The notes beneath the pieces were generated by a model, which saw only the letters and a list, made by a program, of their open reading frames with translations, was not told the origin of the DNA and ran no database searches. 64,000 nucleotides of DNA from an uncultured Flavobacteriales bacterium (GTDB taxonomy: Bacteria; Bacteroidota; Bacteroidia; Flavobacteriales; BACL11): the NCBI GenBank assembly GCA_905479165.1, contig CAJQLK010000042.1, positions 246-64,245 on the forward strand. The letters run 5' to 3'. A program made the translations under genes and the position numbers. This document shows positions 1-7,944 of the stretch, piece after piece (the stretch's first letter is position 1; each line of letters starts with the position of its first letter).

Positions 1-2866
1 GTGATTGATGGTTGTGCAATACCATTTTCTGAATAAACAAAAGTATAGGGAGAAACCCCAATAAAAGAAACATTTATAACTCCTTTCTCTTTTGCGTTAT
101 CACAAATAGTATCATTTCCTGAGATAAAGGCAGATATTGTTGAAAGATTTAAAACAATAGTATCATCAGAAATTCCATAAAATGAATTATTTATAGAGGA
201 ATTTCCATTCAACATTGTGTTATAATTCGTTGACCAAGACCCAAAGCCATAAGTAGGGTCAATAATTGGATTTAGTGTATTTAAGATATCATTATATACG
301 ATTTCAGTATGTGGGAAAACCGATATATTTATACCATTAAGATCAATTGAGGTATTCGTACCGCTAGGGATAATATCATATACAATTGTAGGCTTTTTAT
401 ACAATTGTAGCGTAATAGTATCCGCATAAGTTACAGTAAAGTTGATGTTTTCTGTAAGAGTTGAAGGGGATAAAAAATTACTATCAGAACTCCATGAATC
501 AAACCCATATAAAGCATCAATATTTGGCATTAAAGAGATGTTGTCTCCAACCATATTTGATGTGGTGTAAGGGAAAGCGCCAATAATCGTTCCATTTATA
601 TCAATTGATGTTGTAGTGCCTAAAGGATCTATGTTAAATACAACACCTCTACTCTCTCCAAAGTATGCTCTTACTAAAACATCACTTTGTAAGTCAAGCA
701 CTAAAGTGTCAATATTTGGGTCGTATAAATAAGATGTAGCTGATATTACCTCCCAATGATCAAATGTACCGCTTACTACTTCAAAAGGAAGGTCAATACC
801 ACCAAATCTTTGGTCAGTCCAACCAGAATTTAACGGATTAATAATATTACTATTACTCATTTCAACCTCTCCAACTCCAACTATTTCTACTGTGACATTA
901 AATATTCCTGTAATTGCAGTATCGCAATCCACAAAACCTGAATTCATACTATCACACCTTGCTAAAATAAAATCTCTTAAATCAGTAACATTAGATTGCC
1001 AAGCAGCATAAGTGCCACCCCAGGTTGTAATTTGTCTTGGCATTTCAGGCTCAATTACTGCGACCATACTGTCTAATACATATATCATAAAATCGCAAGA
1101 TAACCCTCCATTTGCTAAATCTTGCCACCTGTTAATATAGTCATCATGAAATTCTTGGTTGGTAAGCATTTCATTCCAAATTGGAACATGTCCTTGCCCA
1201 CCAGTATTACCTAAAGTACTTGCATCACATGGTGATGCGTCAGGGTCTGAACTTGGAATGCCTGTATAATTTGTTCCGTGGTCAAATGTATTGTCCATAT
1301 CCCAAAGCGTGTAACGCCATTTCTTTTTATCTCCATTAGGATCCATTCCTCTCCACCAAGCTGTATTCCAATTTAACCAGTCTTGACAAACTACATATGA
1401 ATTCAAAAGAAAATAATCGATTAAACTACCTGTATTGTATTCACTTTTTGCTTGATTATAATTTGCTTGATTAACCATTGGGTTTGCAGCAACGTAATTT
1501 ACAAAGTTATTCCAATCTGGTTGTGAATTAGGAGCTCCATATTCAGTCCAAGTGCCTCCCAAGTTTTTAAATATTGCAAGTTGTTTTTATCCTGATCGTA
1601 ATAATAATCAGTAAAATCATGATCATCAACTTTCTCCCTCATTTCATAAACACCCCAATAAGCACCATTTAAATATAGAATACATGAAGTAGTTGACCTT
1701 TCATCCATTCTTAAATCAGCTAACTGAGATAAATGATGAACATAGGCATCTCTAATATGCGCACCAGAACCTCCATATGAAAAAGGATAGTTATCATTTG
1801 CAGCTGCTTTTACAATTATTCTTTGAAATTTATCACGATTCTTAGTCATAAATATTTCATCTTGTAAAGCGTAATTATATCCAAATTGATCTCTCATCAC
1901 ATAATCAAATCCTCTTTGATCATAAGCCCAAGAATCATTACCATGTTTATTAAACTCACCAGTTCCTTTATCAAGTAATATTCCGTTTTTATCAAACCAT
2001 TCTATTGTGCCTTCAGGCTCAAGCCCTGAGCTTCCCCAACCACCATCTAATAAATCTTCAAGCCCGCCTGTTCCGGTATTTCCCGATATTGACAAAATAG
2101 GTATAGTGTGAGTGTCATTAATAAAAAAAGTATGGTAATCAATAAAACTAGAAGGAATTGTTGGATCCGAGCTATAGCAAATCGCTTTTACCACTGTTGT
2201 GTTTGTAATGTTAATTGCTGTGGTATAAAGAGCTGAAGTATTATTTGGCTCATCTCCATTAGTGGTATAGTAAATTGTAATGTTTGGCTCTGGAGAGCTT
2301 AAAGTTATATTAATGGCAGCAGCATTATATCCTCCAACTTGCGAGAAAACAGGAGCTTTGGCGTATTCTTGCATTGCACCAATATTAGGTGTATTAGGTG
2401 TTCCATTAACAAAAACACTCCATATTGCAGATCCATCTGTTTCTCTACCTCTAGTATGTGAATTTTGATTTGCAAACACTCTTATTGAATCTTGCAATAC
2501 TCCACCACCATCAGAAAGCATAAATACTTCACTACCCTTGGTTTGAGTAATTTTAAAATTAGAATGTGCATTCATGCCAATTACTTCATCTCTACCTGAA
2601 CAATAAACTAGTGCAGTACCACCAGCCGGAACAACAAATGATGACGGAATTATCCATTTTAATGGATTACTTACTTTGTCAGAAAGAGCCCATCCGTTTA
2701 TGTCTACTGCAGAAGCGGTTGGGTTATAAAGCTCTACCCAATCTTCATATTCTCCATAATTATCAGGGTAAGTATCGTAATTAGCTGCTGAATACTCGTT
2801 GATAACAATTTGTGCACTTGAATCAAGGCAAGCAAAAATAAATAGTAGAATTAAAATATTTCTCAT
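1..2866 (-). pseudogene. Secreted lamin-tail-domain (LTD) + CotH-family protein. The frame is broken by a 1-nt frameshift between 1500 and 1586, and the 3' end runs off the window.
   Basis: ORF 1499..2881 has a signal peptide (MRNILILLFIFACLDSSAQ, ATG at 2866), an LTD-like N-terminus (INEY..DWVELYNP..INGW) and a CotH-like core (YGGSGAHIRDAY..LYLNGAYWGVYEMREK). It stops at 1499. A second minus-strand frame is open from 1586 to position 1 and continues plausibly: GGTWTEYGAPNSQPDWNNFVNY..WRYTLWDMDNTFDHG. That frame then shows three ~85-90 aa internal repeats (IDPLGTTTSIDINGT / IIPSGTNTSIDLNGI) and ends with ICDNAKEKGVINVSFIGVSPYTFVYSENG at the window edge. Confidence 0.7.
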
Positions 2867-2870
2867 TCTA

Positions 2871-2878
2871 CAAAAATA
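2871..2878 (-). promoter_or_regulatory. Bacteroidetes -7 promoter box TATTTTTG, 4 nt before the ATG at 2866
   Basis: The minus strand reads gtgTATTTTTGtagaATG, an exact TAnnTTTG match. Confidence 0.35.
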
Positions 2879-2973
2879 CACATTTTATAATATTTTACTC
2901 TATATAATTAGAGGGTATCTTACGTATTCAAAAGATATTCTTATTCTTAAAATTAAAAAGCAAACTATTTTTC

Positions 2974-2981
2974 TACTTTTG
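2974..2981 (+). promoter_or_regulatory. Bacteroidetes -7 promoter box TACTTTTG for the 3005-5535 module
   Basis: Exact TAnnTTTG match 23 nt upstream of the ATG at 3005. Confidence 0.45.
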
Positions 2982-3004
2982 TCCTTTAATTTAATTAATA
3001 TTTA

Positions 3005-4396
3005 ATGTCGAACAATATAAAAGAGGATTTAAAAGTTTTTAATGATTTAATTGATGTGTTTTTAGAAGACGAGAAACTCAATCCTATTTCAGAAAATATA
3101 GAATCATCTGACATAAAAGAAGTGTTAAATATTTCATTGCAAAATGAAGCATCAATTGGTATTGAATTTACATCTGCATTAAGTGACTTGATGTTAAAAA
3201 GCCCTAAATCCTCATCAAAACTATTTTTTAATCAGCTTTTTGGAGGTAGACATAGTAAGGCTGTATTAGGAGATTTATTGGCTGTTTTCTTAAATAACTC
3301 AATGGCAACATATAAGATTGCAGGACCGCAAGTTGCAGTAGAAAAAGAAATCCTTTCTCAGGTTTATAAACTGGTTGGGTATGATAAAAATGCAGGAGGA
3401 ACTTTTCCAACAGGAGGAAGTATGAGCAACTTCATGTCCTTAGTAATGGCTAGAGATAAAGTAAATATAGAGATAAAGTATAGAGGTATTAATGAAAAAT
3501 TGATTGCTTATACATCAGAAAACTCTCATTACTCAATTGCAAAAAATGCATCCTTTACAGGCTTAGGTAAAGATAATGTTCGTTATATAAAATCGGATGA
3601 ACAGGGAAAGATAAATATTGATGCCTTTAAAAATCAAGTTGAAGATGACATTGCAAATGGCTTGGTTCCTTTTTATATAAATGCCACTGCAGGCACAACT
3701 GTTTTATGCGCGTTCGACAATGTTGAGGGGTTGGCGCCAATTTGTAAGAAAAATAATATTTGGCTGCATTTAGATGGGGCATTTGGCGGATCAGTTATTT
3801 TTAGTAAAAAGTACAATCACTTGGTAAAGGGAATTGCGCAAACAGATTCGTTTTGTTTTAATGCTCATAAAACTTTAGGAGCCCCATTAAGTACTTCAAT
3901 TTTAGTAGTAAAAGATAAGCATGACCTATATAATTCATTTAATAATGATGCTGCTTATTTGTACCAAACACATGATGAAGATTTTAATTTGGGACAAACT
4001 TCTTTTGAGTGTGGAAGAAGAAATAATGCACTTAAGTTTTGGACTATGTGGAAAGCAATTGGCACAAATGGAATTGCTAAAATAGTTGAGCATGAATTCT
4101 CACTTGCTGATACAGCAAGAAAATATGTAAATTCTAATTTCGATTATACATTGTATAGTTTTAAAGACTCGTTATCAGTGTGTTTTAATTATAAAGATTT
4201 TGACCCAGAAGATTTGTGCACGAAACTTTATGAAAGCAATACTTTAATGGTAGGTTTTGGTCATTTTCATGATAATGTATTTGTAAGGTTGGTAACGATA
4301 AATGGAGAAAATACTGATGAAGATTTAAAACACTTTTTTAATGTTTTAGAAAACTTTGCTAATGAAAATTCAGACTCTATAAAAAGAATATCATAA
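3005..4396 (+). CDS. Group II PLP-dependent amino-acid decarboxylase (GAD/CSAD/acidic-amino-acid decarboxylase-like)
   Basis: 463 aa. The PLP-lysine region SFCFNAHKTLGAPLSTSILVV resembles the NPHK..G.PLQCS..L.V motif of GAD65/CSAD-type enzymes. The length is typical for the family. Confidence 0.8.
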   Translation: MSNNIKEDLKVFNDLIDVFLEDEKLNPISENIESSDIKEVLNISLQNEASIGIEFTSALSDLMLKSPKSSSKLFFNQLFGGRHSKAVLGDLLAVFLNNSMATYKIAGPQVAVEKEILSQVYKLVGYDKNAGGTFPTGGSMSNFMSLVMARDKVNIEIKYRGINEKLIAYTSENSHYSIAKNASFTGLGKDNVRYIKSDEQGKINIDAFKNQVEDDIANGLVPFYINATAGTTVLCAFDNVEGLAPICKKNNIWLHLDGAFGGSVIFSKKYNHLVKGIAQTDSFCFNAHKTLGAPLSTSILVVKDKHDLYNSFNNDAAYLYQTHDEDFNLGQTSFECGRRNNALKFWTMWKAIGTNGIAKIVEHEFSLADTARKYVNSNFDYTLYSFKDSLSVCFNYKDFDPEDLCTKLYESNTLMVGFGHFHDNVFVRLVTINGENTDEDLKHFFNVLENFANENSDSIKRIS

Positions 4397-4399
4397 TAA

Positions 4400-5053
4400 A
4401 TGCAAAACGAGTTTATAGTTACCCTAGCGTGGCCAGAAGGAATGGTAAAAGCCGCTGGAGCTTGGTATGACAATATCTTAACGCAAGATGGAGAGTACAG
4501 AGTTGGTCATTCAGCAATAGCACTTATTACTTCAACTACAAAGAAAGTGCATTATTTTGATTTTGGGAGGTATCATACTGCTAAAGGATATGGTAGGGTT
4601 AGAGATATAGAAACTGACCCAGATGTAGTAGTAATTGATGCTGAAATTTCTGAGAATAAGATTACAAATATTGATGAGATTCTTTTATATCTATCGCAAA
4701 TGAAGGCTACACATAGTGATGGAAAAATGTATGCTTCAGTTCTAAGTAATGTAGATTTTAAATCAGCTTTTAATAAAGCAAAAGGAATGCAAAAAAAAGG
4801 CATGTTACCATATGGACCTCTTGTTAGGCCAGGCACAAATTGTTCCCGTTTTGTTGCAAAAGTAATTATTGCGTCAGAACCCTCTTTTATTAAAAAGTTA
4901 AGACTTAAATATCCTTTTTGTATTTCTCCATCTCCCAAAAGAAATGTAAGTATTTCAAACAATCACTATTATGTAGTAGAAAATGGAGTGATCATTGAAG
5001 TTAAAAAGAGTAAATTAGAGTCTTACTTTACATCTATAGAAAGATATGAATAG
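4400..5053 (+). CDS. Hypothetical protein; candidate circularly permuted NlpC/P60 (LRAT/YaeF-like) His-His-Cys enzyme
   Basis: 217 aa, starting 3 nt after the decarboxylase stop. Motifs are VGH37SAIALI, KVH51YFDFG and GTNC148SRFV. Their order and spacing resemble the HWAIYVG / VVHL / NCEHFV arrangement of LRAT-like proteins. This is a motif-level inference only. Confidence 0.45.
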   Translation: MQNEFIVTLAWPEGMVKAAGAWYDNILTQDGEYRVGHSAIALITSTTKKVHYFDFGRYHTAKGYGRVRDIETDPDVVVIDAEISENKITNIDEILLYLSQMKATHSDGKMYASVLSNVDFKSAFNKAKGMQKKGMLPYGPLVRPGTNCSRFVAKVIIASEPSFIKKLRLKYPFCISPSPKRNVSISNNHYYVVENGVIIEVKKSKLESYFTSIERYE

Positions 5054-5315
5054 ACCACAAAAAATTTCAGGCAAAGCTCAACTCATAAAAGGAATTGGAG
5101 CAAGCTCTTGGTTTACAATTGTAGAAGAAAATGAACTTTTTAGAATAGAAAGATTTTCTACTGATGGAGAATTAGAATGTTCCAGATTATTTGCTGTAAC
5201 ACCAAGTAGCTTTGATGTAAAACAACCATTTGAATTCACTTATCTTTCCCACTGCAAGCAATGTACAATCATACAAAATGAAATAACATATAAATTTTAT
5301 ACTAATGAATATTAA
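5046..5315 (+). CDS. Small hypothetical protein (89 aa) with a C-terminal CxxC (SHCKQCT)
   Basis: The start overlaps the upstream stop by 8 nt (ATGAATAG), and the end overlaps the next start by 11 nt. I do not recognise a family. Confidence 0.55.
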   Translation: MNRPQKISGKAQLIKGIGASSWFTIVEENELFRIERFSTDGELECSRLFAVTPSSFDVKQPFEFTYLSHCKQCTIIQNEITYKFYTNEY

Positions 5316-5535
5316 AGTATATGGTGCCGACTGGTGCCCAGATTGCGTAAACACAAAGAATTTCTTAAACTCAAAAGGAGTTGAATTTGAATACATTGAC
5401 ATTACTGACAATGAACAGGCAATAGCGCTTGTTGAGCAAATAAATAATGGGAGAAGAGTCATCCCTACTTTGGTAGTAGATGGTAAAACTTATACGAATC
5501 CAGGTATTGCTGGATTAATGAAAATTATCGCATAA
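5305..5535 (+). CDS. Glutaredoxin-like / NrdH-like small thioredoxin-fold protein (WCPDC active site)
   Basis: 76 aa: IKVYGADWCPDCVNTKNFLNSKGVEFEYIDI...GRRVIPTLVVDG. This is the classic Grx-like layout, with CxxC after beta1 and a cis-Pro region (VIPT). Confidence 0.75.
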   Translation: MNIKVYGADWCPDCVNTKNFLNSKGVEFEYIDITDNEQAIALVEQINNGRRVIPTLVVDGKTYTNPGIAGLMKIIA

Positions 5536-5569
5536 TAAAAAGTATGTTTACACTCTCAAAACCTACTAA

Positions 5570-7465
5570 ATGAGCGACTCAATAAAGCACGAATGTGGTG
5601 TAGCAATGTTAAGATTGTTAAAACCATTAGATTTTTACCAAAAGAAATATGGAACATCACTTTACGGATTAAACAAGATGTATTTGTTGATGGAAAAGCA
5701 ACACAACAGAGGGCAAGATGGGGTAGGATTGGCTAATGTAAAGCTAGATGTAGAAGCAGGAAAAAGATACATTAGCAGGAAAAGATCGGTAGCAACTAAC
5801 CCAATACAAGATGTGTTTAAGCAAGTAAACAGAAGGTTTGTTGAACTTGAAGAAAACGACCCTGAAAAATTAAAAGATCCAAACTGGATGAAAGATAATC
5901 TGCCATTTACAGGTGAGTTATTTTTAGGACACTTAAGATACGGTACTTTTGGAGAAAATACCATTGAACAATGTCATCCTTTTTTAAGACAAAATAATTG
6001 GAAAACACGGAATGTTGTTTTAGCAGGCAACTTTAACATGACAAATGTTGATGAGCTGTTTAATCAATTAGTTGACTTAGGGCAGCACCCAAAACAAAAA
6101 GCGGATACCGTTACAATATTGGAAAAAATTGGTCATTTCTTAGATGAGGCAAATGATGAGATTTACTATCAACATAAAGATAAATTCTCTAAAAAAGAGA
6201 TTACTAAAGTAATTGAAGAGGAGTTGGATTTACAAGATATCTTAACACAATCCGCAAAGTATTGGGATGGAGGTTATGTAATGTGTGGCTTGATGGGACA
6301 TGGAGATGCTTTTGCATTGAGAGACCCAAATGCTATTCGCCCAGCATATTATTATAAAGATGATGAGATTGTTGTAGTTGCATCAGAAAGACCAGTTATA
6401 CAAACTTCATTTAATGTAAATATTGAAGATGTTAAGGAAATTAAAAGAGGGCATGCACTTATCATTAAAAAGGATGGTACAGTTGAAGAAAAACAAGTTC
6501 GTGAGCCATTAGAAAGAAAAGCTTGTTCTTTTGAGCGTATTTATTTTTCAAGAGGAAATGATGTCGGAATTTATAATGAAAGACTAGAATTAGGTAAGCG
6601 TATCTTCCCAAAGGTATTAAAGTCAATAAGTAATGATGTAAAGAATACTGTTTTTTCTTATATCCCAAATACTGCTGAGGTATCTTATTTTGGTTTATTA
6701 AAAGGATGTCATGCTTACTTAAATGAAGTAAAAACAAAGAAGATTCAGGAGCTAGGTAATAATCCTTGTCATGACGAAATTGCTAAAATTATGGAAATTT
6801 CTCCAAGAGCTGAAAAGATAGCAATTAAGGATGCAAAATTGAGAACCTTCATTACTTCTGATGATAGTAGAAATGATTTGGTTGCTCATGTTTATGATGT
6901 TACTTATGGTACCGTAAAGCCTACTGACAATCTGGTTATGATTGATGATAGTATTGTAAGAGGAACTACCTTAAAGCAATCAATTATTAGAATATTGGAC
7001 CGTTTAAATCCTAAGAAAATTGTAGTTGTTTCTTCCGCTCCACAGATTAGATATCCTGATTGTTATGGAATTGATATGGCAAAAATGGGTGATTTTATTG
7101 CTTTTAATGCAGCTGTTGAATTATTGAAAGATACTAAACAAGAACAGATACTTACGGAGGCATACGAAAAGTGTAAAGCACAAGCTCATATACCAAAAGA
7201 GGAGATGGTCAATCATGTACAGGCGATATACAAGCCTTTTACTGCTGAAGAAATTTCGTCTAAGATAAGTGAGCTATTGACTCCTACAGGAACGAATGCT
7301 GAGGTGGAAATTATCTACCAATCTATTTCGGATTTACATGCTTCTTGCCCTGATCACCAAGGGGACTGGTACTTTACAGGAAACTACCCAACACCAGGAG
7401 GAGTGAAAGTGGTGAACAAAGCCTTCATGAATTACATGGAAGGAAATAACGCTAGAGCTTATTAA
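5570..7465 (+). CDS. purF: Amidophosphoribosyltransferase (class II glutamine amidotransferase + PRTase), long Bacteroidetes type
   Basis: 631 aa. It has an N-terminal nucleophile Cys (KHECGVAM) and the PRPP-binding motif VMIDDSIVRGTT. Confidence 0.9.
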   Translation: MSDSIKHECGVAMLRLLKPLDFYQKKYGTSLYGLNKMYLLMEKQHNRGQDGVGLANVKLDVEAGKRYISRKRSVATNPIQDVFKQVNRRFVELEENDPEKLKDPNWMKDNLPFTGELFLGHLRYGTFGENTIEQCHPFLRQNNWKTRNVVLAGNFNMTNVDELFNQLVDLGQHPKQKADTVTILEKIGHFLDEANDEIYYQHKDKFSKKEITKVIEEELDLQDILTQSAKYWDGGYVMCGLMGHGDAFALRDPNAIRPAYYYKDDEIVVVASERPVIQTSFNVNIEDVKEIKRGHALIIKKDGTVEEKQVREPLERKACSFERIYFSRGNDVGIYNERLELGKRIFPKVLKSISNDVKNTVFSYIPNTAEVSYFGLLKGCHAYLNEVKTKKIQELGNNPCHDEIAKIMEISPRAEKIAIKDAKLRTFITSDDSRNDLVAHVYDVTYGTVKPTDNLVMIDDSIVRGTTLKQSIIRILDRLNPKKIVVVSSAPQIRYPDCYGIDMAKMGDFIAFNAAVELLKDTKQEQILTEAYEKCKAQAHIPKEEMVNHVQAIYKPFTAEEISSKISELLTPTGTNAEVEIIYQSISDLHASCPDHQGDWYFTGNYPTPGGVKVVNKAFMNYMEGNNARAY

Positions 7466-7827
7466 GCTCTTTTGGCAACTAAACTATACCCAAGATATGC
7501 TGCTGGAAGGTAGAATATCAAATCTATTTTGAACCAGCCAGGGTGTATTAGGTTTTCTAAATTATACCAACCAGCAAAAGTGAACAATAAACCGATAAAC
7601 AAGAATTGATACTTAATGGCAGTTGAGTTTTTCCATTTTGAAACTTGAGAAAGTAAAGTAGCGACTAATGCTCCAATAAATGACCTTATAGCATGAGAAA
7701 AAATTACTAATAGAATAGCGCCTAAAGGTGCAACTGCCATGTATTTGTTAAGTGCTTCAGCATCTTCCATTGTCACCCCCTCATGTAAGGGATAGAACAC
7801 CATACTTAGATAATGCATACCCATCAT
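7462..7827 (-). CDS. Hypothetical multi-pass membrane protein; the true start may lie upstream at a non-canonical codon
   Basis: 121 aa and hydrophobic. The first ATG sits in the middle of a hydrophobic segment, and the frame stays open upstream to 7911. Confidence 0.5.
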   Translation of the reverse strand: MMGMHYLSMVFYPLHEGVTMEDAEALNKYMAVAPLGAILLVIFSHAIRSFIGALVATLLSQVSKWKNSTAIKYQFLFIGLLFTFAGWYNLENLIHPGWFKIDLIFYLPAAYLGYSLVAKRA

Positions 7828-7894
7828 ACCTAAAATTATACCTATTATAGTTGTAGTTATTGCTCTTAATATATCTTTAATTTTTGGTAAATAT

Positions 7895-7927
7895 AAAAAA
7901 GCCCCACCAAATTAGTAGGGCTTTTTT
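7895..7927 (-). terminator. Rho-independent terminator downstream of the S46 peptidase gene
   Basis: The minus-strand RNA reads AAAAAAGCCCUAC-loop-GUGGGGCUUUUUU, a 7-bp stem with one G-U pair, extendable by A/U pairs, followed by a U-tract. Confidence 0.7.
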
Positions 7928-7944
7928 ATTATATGCGAGAAGGA

